Shown: positions 12,409-25,781, numbered from the stretch's first letter. The stretch is 64,000 nt of DNA from Octopus vulgaris (GCA_951406725.2 OX597827.1:18848001-18912000), one strand, 5' to 3'. Numbers and translations are program-made. The notes: generated by a model from the sequence alone, not told the origin.

Positions 12409-12650
12409 TGTATGTATGTATGTATGTATGTGTATATGTTTGTGTGTCTGTGTTTGTCCCCCCAACATCGCTTGACAACCGATGCTGGTGTGTATACGTC
12501 CCCGTAACTTAGTGGTTCGGCAAAAGAGACCGATAGAATAAGTACTAGGCTTACAAAGAATACGTCCGGGGGTCGATTTTTCTCGACTAAAAGCGGTGCT
12601 CCAGCATGGCCACAGTCAAATGAATAGAAAGAAAGTAAAAGTAAAAGTAA
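12168..12650 (+). mobile_element. SINE family A, full length
   Basis: Family A head, central block and tail. Confidence 0.9.
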
Positions 12651-12659
12651 TAGAGAGAG

Positions 12660-13180
12660 AGAGTATACACGTGGTTACCAAACAGTATAGAAGAAACGAT
12701 GGAACTCGAGGCGATCCAACGATGCTACACGAAGGTCGGCACAAGGAGACATATCAGCTGCCGGGAGAGACTGAAAGAGTTAAGACTCTACTACCTGGAG
12801 CGAAGACGGGGAATATATTCAGTTATATACACCTGGAAATTTCATAAATAAAACTTGTGCCAGAGTTTGGCATTGTCAGTTACATAAACAGCAAGATGGG
12901 GTGCCACTGCATAGTACCAAAACCCCCAACGTTGCCTTTAGGGTACAGAACTAGATACTGCAATAGCTTTGGCTTCAAAGGCCCCACACTCTTCAGTATC
13001 CTCCCACAAAGCCCGAGAGACCTGCATGGCGTGGACGTAGGCATTTTCATAACAAAATTGGATCTCCAGCTGTGAAGAGTTCCAGATGGACCTACTTCAA
13101 GGCAAGAAACACAGATGAGGGCAGCAACGTCGAATTCCCTCATCCAGCAGAGTAGGGTTAGGGAAAATGTAGTAAAAGTA
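12660..13180 (+). mobile_element. CR1/L2-group LINE 3' fragment (decayed ORF2 C-terminus)
   Basis: RLKELRLYYLERRR motif, then ...RYCNSFGFKGPTLFSILPQSPRDL...FITKLDLQL*RVPD. Confidence 0.75.
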
Positions 13181-13244
13181 AATAGCGGTGCCCCAGCATG
13201 GCCGCAGTCCTTGGACTGAAACGAAAAAAAAAAGAATGTATAGA

Positions 13245-13554
13245 CGTTGTTGTTTGTTCCTTCTCGAGCCACGCCTGGCTCATAAGGGCCGGTTTCCCGG
13301 TTTCCTTGACGTATAGGTTCCCCACCTGGAAAGGACGCCGGTCCGTCGCAGGTGAGCTGCAATATGAAAGAGGAAAGAGTGAGAGAAAGTTGTGGCGAAA
13401 GAGTCAGCAGAAGTTTCGCCATTATCTTCTGCCGAAGCCGCCACTAGCTTAGGTGTTTTCGCTCATAAACACGCACATCGCCCGGTCTGAGATTCGAACC
13501 CGCGAAACCTCGACCGCGAGTCCGCTGCTCTAACGGCTAGGCGATGTGCCTCCA
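13245..13554 (-). mobile_element. SINE family B
   Basis: Reverse complement of the 7314-7616 family. Confidence 0.88.
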
Positions 13555-13948
13555 CCAATGTATAGACGTGCAACGATATGTATGATTATAGATATAAGCC
13601 AAAGCGTACGGATCAGCACATGCACTGACTCAAGTTACTTGCACTTAGACACACATTCGATGTTTCTGCGATGAGGTGATTATATATTTCTTTATTTATT
13701 GCCCACAAGGGGGTTAAACATAGAGGGACAAATAAGGACAGACAAAAGCATTAAGTCGATTACATCAACCTCAGTGCATAACTGGTACTTATTTAATCGA
13801 CCCCGAAAGGATGAAAGGCAAAGTCGACCACGGCGGAATTTGAACTCAGAACGTTTCGCTTGTTGTATGCTCCACCCTTCTTCAGCTCTCTTATCATTCA
13901 CCTTAGTGCCTTGCATGGGATTGAACCTATGCAAAGTTAATCACAAGA

Positions 13949-13990
13949 CACCCGAAGAAAGCAGGAGTATACAACGGCTGAAACTTAGTG
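13949..13990 (+). ncRNA. Degenerate minimal hammerhead motif (Penelope pLTR-like)
   Basis: cac CCGAAGA a AGC aggagtatacaacg GCT GAAA C tTA gtg. Confidence 0.5.
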
Positions 13991-14077
13991 AAATCAACAA
14001 TCAAGATGAAGAGGCCACTGCGACTAATATATAACAGACACACACACACATATTTAGTTAGATATTTTTTTTGTTAA

Positions 14078-14430
14078 CGACTGTTGTTATCGCTAGGCCT
14101 AACTCATCGTAAAGTCAATACCACTATGACTGATATCCAATATACAGTGGAGAAGGCTAGCCACTGGATTTGGTTAAAAAAAGACGATGAGCGATGGCTA
14201 GAAGTATATTGAGTTCTTCATAACCAGCTGATCTAGCAAGCGGGGCCTCATATCAGTGAGGGAGGCCGGTGCGCATTGATGCCGTCGAGAGGTAGGCCCC
14301 GAAACGGCGCGCATTCTCTCCTGATGACTCCATACACTCGCTAGCTTCCGGTATACGGAGCTTTTAACTGGTAGCATTTGCATGTGCAAGTTGTTTGCAA
14401 GACATATAGTTAACGTATATAGTTATTTAG
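14078..14430 (+). mobile_element. 3' end of HERO/NeSL-like RLE LINE
   Basis: Frame 14078-14212 reads RLLLSLGLTHRKVNTTMTDIQYTVEKASHWIWLKKDDERWLEVY*; EKASxWxWLK matches the C-terminal motif of HERO-type non-LTR ORFs; followed by a GC-rich structured 3' UTR. Confidence 0.7.
14233..14344 (+). ncRNA. Non-circularly permuted (pseudoknotted) hammerhead ribozyme candidate
   Basis: GCCGT-C-GAGAG (14281-14291), GGCCCC-GAAA-CGGC (14295-14308), CTCTC-CTGATGA (14316-14327): all core nucleotides canonical, helices I and III perfectly paired, strand order reversed relative to types I-III. Confidence 0.7.
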
Positions 14431-14631
14431 AAGAAAGCAAAGGACCACTGTGAGGTCACAGAAGTGTGACGAAAGAACTCTGGCCGAAATAAGATTAAGA
14501 TTAATGTAAAAAATAATTAAGCTGAAGCAAATTAACACCAAATATATAGTGCGTGTGTTTTTATTGACTAAACTGGCAAAATGACCATTCCTAAATACAA
14601 CAATGTAGGTAATATATATTCACACACACAC

Positions 14632-14743
<112 letters not shown>

Positions 14744-14906
14744 CACGCACACTCATGTATACATATATAGATGCATACATACATACATACCTACATACAT
14801 ATATACATACAAACATAGATACAAACATACATACATAGAAGCACGCATATACATACACACAAACACGCGGCGCACGCATAAGCTCACACGCACACACACA
14901 CGCACG

Positions 14907-14960
<54 letters not shown>

Positions 14961-14994
14961 AATGGGAAACATAGAATCCCAGAAAAGATTTTTT

Positions 14995-15037
<43 letters not shown>

Positions 15038-15614
15038 CCTCCCACGTTTTCTTTTACTAAATACGTGTTTCGACCTTCTAGAAATAGCAGTTAAAATCTC
15101 CTTCAAAGTTCATCCAACCGTTTTTTTTTTAAATGGCTGCATATACAGGATAAATTAGTCCCCGAATATAATACGTCTGAAAAAGAAGACGTGATCGTCA
15201 CAGCTGGAAAGCCAGCCGAACTATGAAAATTCGACACATATATAAATACTTGTTTCTCCACATGACCGGATCATCTTTCATCTCAGCTAATCAGTTTTTG
15301 TAATGACATTCCGATTTAGAGTTAAACATTACATTATATATTATTGTCGTCGCCGCCATCGCCGTCGACGTTGTTTGTGTTGTTATTGTTGCTGTTGTCT
15401 GCTTTATTATTATTATTTTTTTATTATTATTATTACAATGTCTGCCACAAAGCAAAATCATTCACCATCTGGCGTAAAAACTGGCGAGATTATATCTGTT
15501 CGTCAGGATGTCTATCTAACAGCAGTTAGCTAGTCACGTCTATTCATGTACGTTAATGTACAATATTGTACCATCTTATGCAGTAATTTTCTTTTTATAT
15601 ATATATATATATAT

Positions 15615-16078
15615 ACTCTTTTACTCTTTTACTTGTTTCAGTCATTTGACTGTGGCCATGCTGGAGCACCGCCTTTTAGTCGAGCAAATCGATCCCAGGA
15701 CTTTATTCTTTGTAAGCCTAGTACTTATTCCATCGGACTCTTTTGCCGAACCGCTAAGTTACGGGGACGTAAAGACACACCAGCATTGGTTGGGGGACGA
15801 CGAACAGAGCGATGTTGGGGTGGGGGACAAACGCAGACACACAAACATATACACACACACACATACATACATACATACATATATGCGACGGGCTTCTTTC
15901 AGTTTCCATCTACCAAATCCACTCACAAGGCTTTATTCGGCCCGAGGCTATAGTAGAAGACACTTGCCCAAGGCGCCACGCAGTGGGAATGAACCCGGAA
16001 CCATGTGGTTGGTAGCAAGCTACTTACCATACAGCCACTCCTGTGCCATGCTTACCACACAGCCACTCCTGCGCCATA
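15615..16078 (-). mobile_element. SINE family A, full length, with duplicated 5' end
   Basis: Family blocks; cttacca(t/c)acagccactcctg(t/c)gccat repeated twice. Confidence 0.9.
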
Positions 16079-16441
16079 CACAGCCAACCCTATATTTTTT
16101 CGTCACTACTCTGGCTAATACGGCGAAGGCAATTTTTTTTTGTTTTTGCTAAAGAGTCTAACATGACCGAGCGAAACATGCTCGGAATTGCTTACCCTAC
16201 ATGCAGATATGAATAGCATAATTTTGGCTTCAAAGTTTGGCGCAAGACCAGCAATTTCGAGAGAGATGATAAGTCTATTACATCAACCCCAGAGCTCAAC
16301 TGGTACTTATTTTATCGACCCCGAAAGGATGAAAGGCAAAATCGACCTCGGTGGAATTTGAACTCAGAATGAGAAAAACGGACGAAATGCTGCTAAGCGT
16401 TTTGCCTGCCGTGCCAACGATTCTGCCAGCTTCCCGTCTTA

Positions 16442-16835
16442 TCTTTATATATAAAAGTGAAGTTGTGTGTCTGTCTCCTATGATTTAGATTCCTAACTAC
16501 TCCCACATTTTGCGGTGCAGTGTAACCAAAAGCGGGTATCTTATAGTTGTGATTCATATCGAGCCCTTCTGGGTATTAGCGCGCGTCTACGATGAGTCTA
16601 CGATTAAAAAAAAAATTCACCATCATATTTTTCCCATTTTTTGTGCATTTTTTTGCTATTATATAAGGGAAGTAACTCTGTAAAAATGTATTATTAAATC
16701 TCAGAACGTAAAAAGCTACAGTAACAACCCTTTGTGGTTAGCCATATTGAGATGGCTATTATACTTTACATCTCTAAAAATGCCTATATAGTTATTTCCC
16801 TTACAAACCCGAGCAACGCCGGGCGATACTGCTAG
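16442..16835 (+). mobile_element. Non-autonomous Helitron, copy 1
   Basis: A|TC start (atctttatatataaaa), subterminal hairpin cccgagcaacgccggg, CTAG|T end; second copy 19355-19751. Confidence 0.88.
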
Positions 16836-17226
16836 TAAATAATATAACATTAGCTATTGAACTAAAGTTGTCTTTTCTTCACCACATAAATATTTTCAAA
16901 AAAGTTTTTTTCTTTTTCTTTTTTAATGTTTAGTACATTAAACTTATCTATCGTTAACTTAAGGTAGTGAGCTGGCAGAATCGTTCACGCTTCAGACAAC
17001 ATGCCTGGTAGCATTTCTTCCAGTTTTATGTTTTGAGTTCAAATGCCGCCGAGGTTGACTTTGTCTTTCATCTTTTCAGGGTCGATAAAATAAGTACCAG
17101 TTGAATACTGGGGGTCGCAGCAATCAACTTACTCCTCCACCCCTAAAAAAATTGCTGACCTTGTGTCACAGCCGACCAAAGCCTTGTAAGTGGATTTGGT
17201 GGTCGGAAACTGAAAGAAGTCCGACG

Positions 17227-17313
<87 letters not shown>

Positions 17314-17419
17314 GGAGTTGAACGAAGTTGTTAACAAAATTCCTTTACTCTCGACATATGTTTCGAAGACAACATGGTTTTATTCCAAAGGAATAAACGG
17401 TGCAAGATGCACACACACA

Positions 17420-17497
<78 letters not shown>

Positions 17498-17670
17498 AAA
17501 TAAGCAACAAGAATATTTCCTGTAATTTGGTACGATCGTTTCACGCTACATCATTTTATTAAATATTGTAAATATTACAACAGTTTTAAAATGTTGAGCA
17601 ATCATCAGCCATTTATAGAGGTTGGATCTAACTTAAGTACCATATTCATTTGAATCTAAATTTTGCTGAA

Positions 17671-17722
<52 letters not shown>

Positions 17723-17724
<2 letters not shown>

Positions 17725-18064
17725 GTATTTGATGGCCTATAAGACGCACCTTTTTTTAAACCCCCAAATGGCCTTAAAAATCCCCTTGCGTCCAATGCTC
17801 TCAATGTAGGCTCAAAACTCTCTCAAAACGGTATGTATGTTTACAAAACGTGTGCTGCCATCTGTTGGTGAACAATCGCCTACGGTATGTTTATATCGAA
17901 TGTGGATGCAATAAACCACTTATAATTACCGGTAAAAACATAAAGTTATACAGGTAAGTGGACAAATTAAAACATTATTTAAGTGGAAATTTATTTTACA
18001 AAAGTATAGCCTAGGCTAGGGTGCAACATATACACTCGTGCGTCTTATAGGCCATCAAATACGG
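17723..18064. mobile_element. Tc1/mariner-superfamily MITE (CCGTA termini, pogo/Tc2-like)
   Basis: Perfect 27 bp TIR ccgtatttgatggcctataagacgcac / gtgcgtcttataggccatcaaatacgg, TA TSD. Confidence 0.92.
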
Positions 18065-18101
18065 TATGTGTGTGTGTGCGTGTGTGTGTGTGTGCGCGTG
18101 T

Positions 18102-18144
<43 letters not shown>

Positions 18145-18330
18145 TGTGTCAGTGTTTGTCCCCCGCCCCCAACTTAGTGGTTCCGCAAAAGAATAAGTCC
18201 TGGGGTCGATTTGCTCGACTAAAGGATGAATAGCAAAGTCGTCTTTAACCGAATATGAACTTCGAAATTAAAGACGGACGAAATGCCGCTAAGCATTTTT
18301 GTCTTGCTAACAATTCTGCCGGCTCGCCGT

Positions 18331-18710
18331 CGAGTGGCTGTATGGTATGTAGCTTGCTTTCCAACCACGTGGTTCCAGGTTCAGCCCCACTGCGTGGTAC
18401 CTTGGGCAAGAGTCTTCTACTATAGCCTCGGGCTGACCAAATCCTTGTGAATGAATTTGCCGTCGTATATGAATGTGTGTGTGTGTGTGTGTGTGTGTTT
18501 GTGTGTGTGCATTTGTCCCCACCACCGATTGACAACCGGTGTCGGTGTGTTTACGTCCCCGCAACTTAGCGGTTCGACAAAAGACACTGATAAAATAAGC
18601 ACCACCTTAAAAAATAAAAAGCACTGGGGTCAATTAGTTTGACTTAAATTCATCAAGCTGGTGCTCCAGCATGGCCGCAGTCTAATGACTGGAACAAATA
18701 AAAGAATATA
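18331..18710 (+). mobile_element. SINE family A, older subfamily
   Basis: Head gagtggctgtatggtatgtagcttgc; tail variant shared with 21470-21670. Confidence 0.85.
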
Positions 18711-18720
18711 TATATATATA

Positions 18721-18990
18721 CTAGTAGTATCGCCCGGCGTTGCGGTTTGTTTAGACCCTTTAGAATTGGAACTTTTAAAAAGTAAAAATTTGGCAGTATG
18801 TAGCTTGTTATTCTCTTTAAGTGAAATACACCGAAAAATGGCGACACAGCAGTCAAAACATCGTAAAAAATAGGGATTTTCATAGAAAAAAGGCACCTTT
18901 TTGATGTAAATAAATTTTGGTGTTAACATGGTCCGATTTGAATTTTTTCTTCTACGCAAGGAAGACTTAGCCTTCTTCTATCATACTCTC
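18721..18990 (-). mobile_element. Helitron 3' portion
   Basis: Minus strand ends acaaaccgcaacgccgggcgatactaCTAG|T, the same terminus as 16442-16835 but with a different interior. Confidence 0.7.
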
Positions 18991-19001
18991 ATATATATAT
19001 G

Positions 19002-19097
<96 letters not shown>

Positions 19098-19354
19098 ATA
19101 ATAATAAGAGTAAATAATTTCTATAAAGGCTTTTAAAAAAAACCCAATTATTTACTGGTAGAATTCGGTATGTAAGTATAGCCGATTACCGGCAGGAACT
19201 TCTGTAAAGTTCAGTATATATATATTGTATATAAGAAAAAGGGACAGGCAAAACAGGTTGCTTGACCGCATACCGAAAAAATAGAAATAGCAGTCAAGAA
19301 TGCTTATTTCTATCAAAGTTGGACTCCACACATACATATATATATATGATGATA

Positions 19355-19751
19355 TCTTTATATATAAAAGTGAGGATGTGTGCTGTCTGTCTCCTACGAT
19401 TTAGATTCTTAACTACTCCCACATTTTGCGGTGCAGTTTAACCAAAACCGGGTATCTTATCGTCGTGATTCATATCGAGCCCTTCTGGGTATTAGCGCGC
19501 GTCTACGATGAGTCTACGATTAAAAAAAAATTACCATCAATTTTTCCCATTTTTTAATGCATTTTTGGCATATATAAGGGAAGTAACTCTCTAAAAATTT
19601 ATTATTAAATCTCAGAACGTAAAAAGCTTCAGTAACACCCCCCCCCTTTGTGGTTAGCCATATTAAGATGGCTATTATACTTTACATCTCTAAAAATGCT
19701 TCTATAGTTATTTCCCTTACAAACCCGAGCAACGCTAGGTGATACAGCTAG
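19355..19751 (+). mobile_element. Non-autonomous Helitron, copy 2
   Basis: A|TC...cccgagcaacgctagg...CTAG|T; colinear with 16442-16835. Confidence 0.88.
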
Positions 19752-20174
19752 TATATATATAAATATATTAATACGAAAAAACCCTTCAGGCTACATCCCG
19801 ATAATTCATTTCTTTGCCGAATTTCAACAATGTTTACGGTGATTCGTTTTTATATTTTTCATGCAATTTACGCATGCTTGCACGCGTGGTGAACACAGTT
19901 CACGTCAAACAGCTGACTGAGTAAAGTTCACTATTCAATGCATAGGATAAGGCCTAAACAAACACATTATCGATTTTTGCACTTGCGAGATGAATTTCGG
20001 AACAGAAATAGCGCAGTTCAATTTTCATTCGCCTAAACTTTAAGTGAATCATTTTTGGTGGTTCTACGATTTGTTGGCTAGGAGGAGATGTGCCGGGAAG
20101 TTAAACACACAGACACACACACATATACACACACAGACACACAAGTTGAGTTTTATATATATATAGATATATAT

Positions 20175-20394
20175 ATTCTTTTATTCTTTTACTTGTTTCA
20201 GTCATCTGAGTGCGGCCATGCTGGAGCACTACTTTTAGTCGAACAAATCGACCCCAGGACTTATCCTATGTAAGACCAGTACTTATTCTATCGTTTCAAT
20301 TGCCGAACCACTAAGTTACGAGGACGTAAAAACACCAACGTCGGTTGTCAAGCGATGGTGGGGGGGGGGACAAACACAGACGCACAAATACACA

Positions 20395-20449
<55 letters not shown>

Positions 20450-20525
20450 GATGGGCTTCTTTCAGTTTCCGTTACCAAATCCAGTCACAAGTCTTTCGTC
20501 TATAGTGGAAGACACTTGCCCAAGT
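20175..20525 (-). mobile_element. SINE family A, 5'-truncated
   Basis: Family tail and central blocks. Confidence 0.85.
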
Positions 20526-20583
20526 TTTGAACAAAAGGTAGCAAGCTTGTAGAATCGTCAGCATGCCGAGCGAAATGTTTGTT

Positions 20584-20885
20584 GTGGAGGCACATGGCCT
20601 AGTGGTTAGAGCAGCGGACTCGCGGTCAAGGGATCGCGGGTTCGAATCTCAGACCAGGCGATGTGTGTGTTTATGAGCGAAAACACCTAAGCTCCACGCG
20701 GCTCCGGCAGAAGGTAATGGCGAACTTCTGCTGACTCTTTCGCTACAACTTTCAATCTTTCCTCCTGCATCTTGCAGTTCACCTGCGATGGACCAGCGTC
20801 CCGTTCAGGTGGGGAACCTACACGCCAAGGAAACCGAGAAACCGGCCCTTATGAGCCAAGCATGGCTTGAGAAGGAACAAAACAA
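20584..20885 (+). mobile_element. SINE family B
   Basis: gtggaggcacatggcctagtggttagagcagcggactcgcgg...gagaaggaacaa. Confidence 0.9.
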
Positions 20886-21469
20886 GTTTTGAACTCGGAA
20901 CTATGTGGCTGGGTGACAAGTTTCTTACCACCAAATGCAAAAAAAAACCTGTAGACTGCTATAGTCGGTAAAACAAATAGAATTGAAAACATTATTCTCT
21001 CTGTGCGGTCCGGAATCAAATGATCCACGGTCAGGTATTGACCCGCGATCCGGTGGTTGAGAAACTCTGGCTTAAAAGATCCTTTAAATAACTGAGAATT
21101 CAATGAACAGCCGACATGTACAAAGCTAGCAGACGATCATTGAATAAAAAGAATAAATCATTCGGACAGAAAAGTATAGCTCGCTTTCCACAATTTTTCT
21201 GGCCAAGAAAACGATAGAATAAGTACTGGTCTTACATAGAATAAGTCCTGGGGTCGATTTGTTCGACTAAAGGTGGTGCTCCAGCATAGCTGCACTCAGA
21301 TGACTGAAACAAGTAAAAGAATATGAGAATAGTGCTTCTCTAAGTATTTTCCCTTCGAAAATTATTGCTATTCATAAAAAAAAAAAGAGCACTCCGTTGG
21401 TTACGACGACGGGTGTCCCAGCTGATACGATCAACAGAACAGTAAAAGAATAAAAGAATATATATATAT

Positions 21470-21666
21470 ATTCTGTTATTTGTTTCAGTTATTAGACTGC
21501 GGCCATGCTGGTGCACCATCTTGAAGAATTTAAGTCAAACTAATTGACTCCAGTGCTTTTCACTTTTTAAGGTGGTACTTATTTCTACCGGTGTCTTTTG
21601 TCGAACCGCTAAGTTGCGGGACGTAAACACACCGACACCGTTTGTCAATCGGTGGTGGGGACAAAT

Positions 21667-21670
<4 letters not shown>
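21470..21670 (-). mobile_element. SINE family A tail half
   Basis: Inverted near-copy of 18505-18710. Confidence 0.8.
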
Positions 21671-21764
<94 letters not shown>

Positions 21765-22388
21765 GGTTGTTGTTTTATTTTAACCCACTATCTTTTGGGC
21801 TAACACTTATTGTTGCATTCGTATGCAGAATACACCGTAAAGTGGGTAATTTATGAATATTCTGTCGTGAATGAATATCTGAGATACCAGAGGGAACTCT
21901 TAAGCAATCATACATGATATAAATACAGTGGCAGGTAATATTTTGCTGGTTGGATATGTTGGATAGCGGACAGGGAAGATAATAGCATACTGTACAATAT
22001 CGTGGAAGAAGGGAAGTATTGCACGGATAGATGGCCTTTGAAATTGGGAGTTAAGTGTTTTGGCTACAGGCTGATAGCAAGACACGAACAGACGATCTCT
22101 CAGCTGGTCGTCTGCTATCTATATATTCATGTCGGCTATCCGAGGATCTCACTAAATTCGCTTGTTATTCAAAGAATCATCTAAAGCAATCGCATCCACC
22201 TGAATTTCTTCATCCCACTGAGTTCTGAATCTCTCAGCCAAATAATTAATCTAGAAACTTCCCCTACTATCTCGTGTTTCGCTTCGTTTTTCTCCACCAT
22301 TTCACATCTTCATCCAACCCCTTATTCTCTCTCTCCGTGTCTTCCCTATCACACAATCACTTCCTCTAGTTGTCTTTCTTAATTCACA

Positions 22389-22442
<54 letters not shown>

Positions 22443-22798
22443 TCTCTCTCTTTCTCTCTCTCTCACTCTCTCTTTCTCTCGCTTTCACACACACACACAC
22501 GCGCGCGTGTATACGTACACTTATGCATATACACATATATATTCTCTCACAGTATATTTATGTATGCCTGCTGCCATCAGGAATTCCCATTCTACCTTTA
22601 CACGACTTCAAATGAAAAACTATCAACCGCCTCTTGCATCCCACCACCAACACACATTTATAAAAAGTACCACTCGCACACGCATACACACGCGCACGAA
22701 CGCACATGTACACCACACATAAACATGGATACACATACATACACATATGACGCGTACATTCATAGACACACAGAGACACACTCATACGTACATACATA

Positions 22799-22841
<43 letters not shown>

Positions 22842-22890
22842 TGTAAATATATGTAAGTATATATGCATATATATACATACACACACACAC

Positions 22891-22933
<43 letters not shown>

Positions 22934-23350
22934 TTCATATTAATGTACACACACGCACACAAACATGTACGCGCAGATACAAAAGCACGCATATACATTT
23001 ATAAACGTTATTTATAAAGAACCAGTGAAAAAGTACTCAATACATGGTTAAGAATATACTTATATTCATATCGGTTAACAACCTTTGCTATTACTTTCAT
23101 TTTTACTACTAAAACGATCAATCAAATCGAATACTGTTCCAGAATTGAAAAAATATTCGTCATGGAAAATGGCTTCGGGACTTCGATACATTATTGGCTT
23201 GCACAGACTACTTAAGTAATAAATTATTTGTATAAATTATAAACCGAGAAAAGGCGGTCGTCTTAAAGGGAGGCAATCTTATTTGACGTTTTGGCGAAAT
23301 TCTGCTAGCAAAAATTACTTTTTTTTGGCTCGATTAACAAAATAACGTAC

Positions 23351-23498
23351 TTGTCATGCCATTGAAATCCTCATTGGGAGCTCCTTCATGCCCCTTGTGT
23401 CACATTTGATTTCTCTTCTGTCTTTCAAATACATTTCAAAAGTGATGTTACATTTCTGGATTTCTGGACTTGAACGATTGCGTATGAGTATATCATGA
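23351..23498 (-). CDS. Tentative exon of the unrecognised minus-strand gene
   Basis: cacttttaag| acceptor, |gtacgt donor; phase-2 frame HDILIRNRSSPEIQKCNITFEMYLKDRREIKCDTRGMKELPMRISMA*. Confidence 0.2.
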
Positions 23499-23771
23499 CT
23501 TAAAAGTGTTTACGGTCAACCCAACATTTTTTTTTTATTGTACAGTCAGCAGAATTTTAATATATCATTTCATTTAAAAAAGTATTTTCCATTCAAAGGG
23601 CATCTAATCGGCCCTCTATAATTTCACCGCACTTAAGCTGTATTCCTATGCTACCAAACAATAATTAGTCTCAATGGTTTGTTTCCATGTTTCTTGACCC
23701 AGAAGGAATTATCATAAAATAATAACGGTTCGTTTTACATTTATTTTAATGACTATATTGGTGTTGTATAT

Positions 23772-24168
23772 ACTCTTTACTCTTTAACTTGTTTCTGTCA
23801 TTTGACTGCGGCCATGCTGGAGCACCGCTTTTAGTCGAGCAAATCTTTGTAAGCCCAGTACTTATTCTATCGGTCTCTTTTGCCGAACCGCTAAGTGACA
23901 GGGACGTAAACACACCAGCATCGGTTGTCAAGCAATGCTAGGGGGACAAATACACATACACAAACACTCACACACATACACATATATATATATATACATA
24001 TATACGACAGGCTTCTTTCAGTTTCCGTCTACCAAATCCACTCACAAGGCATTGGTCGGCCCGGGGCTATAGCAGAAGACACTTGCCCAAGATGCCACGC
24101 AGTGGGACTGAACCCGGAACCATGTGGTTGGTTAGCAAGTTACTTACCACACAGTCACTCCTGCGCCT
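23772..24168 (-). mobile_element. SINE family A, full length
   Basis: Family blocks ending cttaccacacagtcactcctgcgcct. Confidence 0.92.
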
Positions 24169-24199
24169 ATTATAGTGTTAAATTCTTTTCAAACCCTAG

Positions 24200-24320
24200 A
24201 GTAGTGGGTTTCAACCGGGGTCCATATAACATTTTGTTCGAATACCTATGAGGGTCCATCTGAGTAAAATAGAAGCTAAAGGGGTCCATTGATAAAAAAA
24301 AAAAGGTTTGAGAGGCACCG
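24200..24320. mobile_element. Decayed hAT (Charlie-like) MITE
   Basis: tagtgggtttcaacc / ggtttgagaggcaccg termini and repeated ggggtccat subterminal motifs. Confidence 0.5.
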
Positions 24321-24689
24321 CACAAGAGCTTCCAGTTTAAAAAAAAGCCTAATAATTAACTAGGTGAATATGCAGTTGGATTAATTTTCGATGTTAATTA
24401 ATTAATTGATCGTGATTCTGTTATTGTTCTATTTCGTTAAGTTTGTTGGGTCTGTTTTTCTATTCATAGAATCTAACTTGTATTCTCTGACTTTGTTTAG
24501 TTCACTTTTAAGTTAATTACTGCACATCGGATTAGTTGCGAAGTTGCAATTGTGGTCTTTTAATGTTAAGTAAGGTCAGTTTGTGTTGAAATGTTCTTCT
24601 CGATCTGCTACATTTTAATGTCCTGGAAGGGCTTTCATTTTGTCAGTGAGTATATGTGTATTTCGACTCTTTTTATATAATTTTTTAAA

Positions 24690-24910
24690 ACTTTCTACTT
24701 GTTTCAGTCATGTGACTGTGGCCATGCTGGAGCAGTGCCTTTAGTCGAGCAAATCAACCCCAGGACTTATTCTTTGTAAGCCTAGTACTTCTTCTATCGG
24801 TCTCTTTTGTCGAACCGCTAAGTTACGGGGACGTAAACACACCAGCATCGGTTGTCAAGGGGGACATTGTTAGGGGGACAAACGCAGACACACAAACATA
24901 TACACACATA

Positions 24911-24978
<68 letters not shown>

Positions 24979-25156
24979 CATATACATATATACGACGGGC
25001 TTCTTTCAGTTTCCGTCTACCAAATCCACTCACAAGGCTTTGGTCGACCCGAGGCTATAGTAGAAGACACTTGCCCAAGGTGCCACGCAGTCGGACTGAA
25101 CCCGGAACCATGTGGTTGGTAAACAAGCTACTTACCACACAGCCACTCTTACGCCT
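24690..25156 (-). mobile_element. SINE family A, full length
   Basis: Family blocks. Confidence 0.92.
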
Positions 25157-25781
25157 ATATATTATTATATTATATATTATATATTTCTATTATATTACTT
25201 ATATTATTTATATAAATAATTATATATTTTATATAACATATTATTATTATATATTTATTATATTATTGTATTATTTCATAACAATCTGTTGTAAGAGTTA
25301 CTGGTTCGCATAGATTATTGGTATTGTGAACGTATATTTTCCTTGAATGTATGTCGGATAATAAATAACGCGGAAATGACGCCTCTGTCGTGGAAAGTGT
25401 AGGTATAATTATTAAATATTACCTTATTTGGTAGAATGCCTTATTGTATTCGTTCTGGGTCTCCGCGAGGCCATACCGAGGTCGATTTAACCATTTATTC
25501 TCCGAGGAAATCAGCTATGAATTAGGATTGATTATTTTCTCTTTCACTGCTTCCCTCTTTTATTCTTTCTTTCTCTTTCTCTCTCTCTCTCTCTTCTCTC
25601 TTATAATTTCTCTTCAGATTCTATATCTGATTCAGAAGTTCAGCTTCGTCAAATTCTGCCACGGTGATTCCAACTGAGAATTGCATTAAGGTTTACATAT
25701 GTCTGTGAAAAACTCAGCCACATACATGTTAATTAGGAACATGCAATTCAGCTGGACAAAGAACTGAATGTACACCAATTA

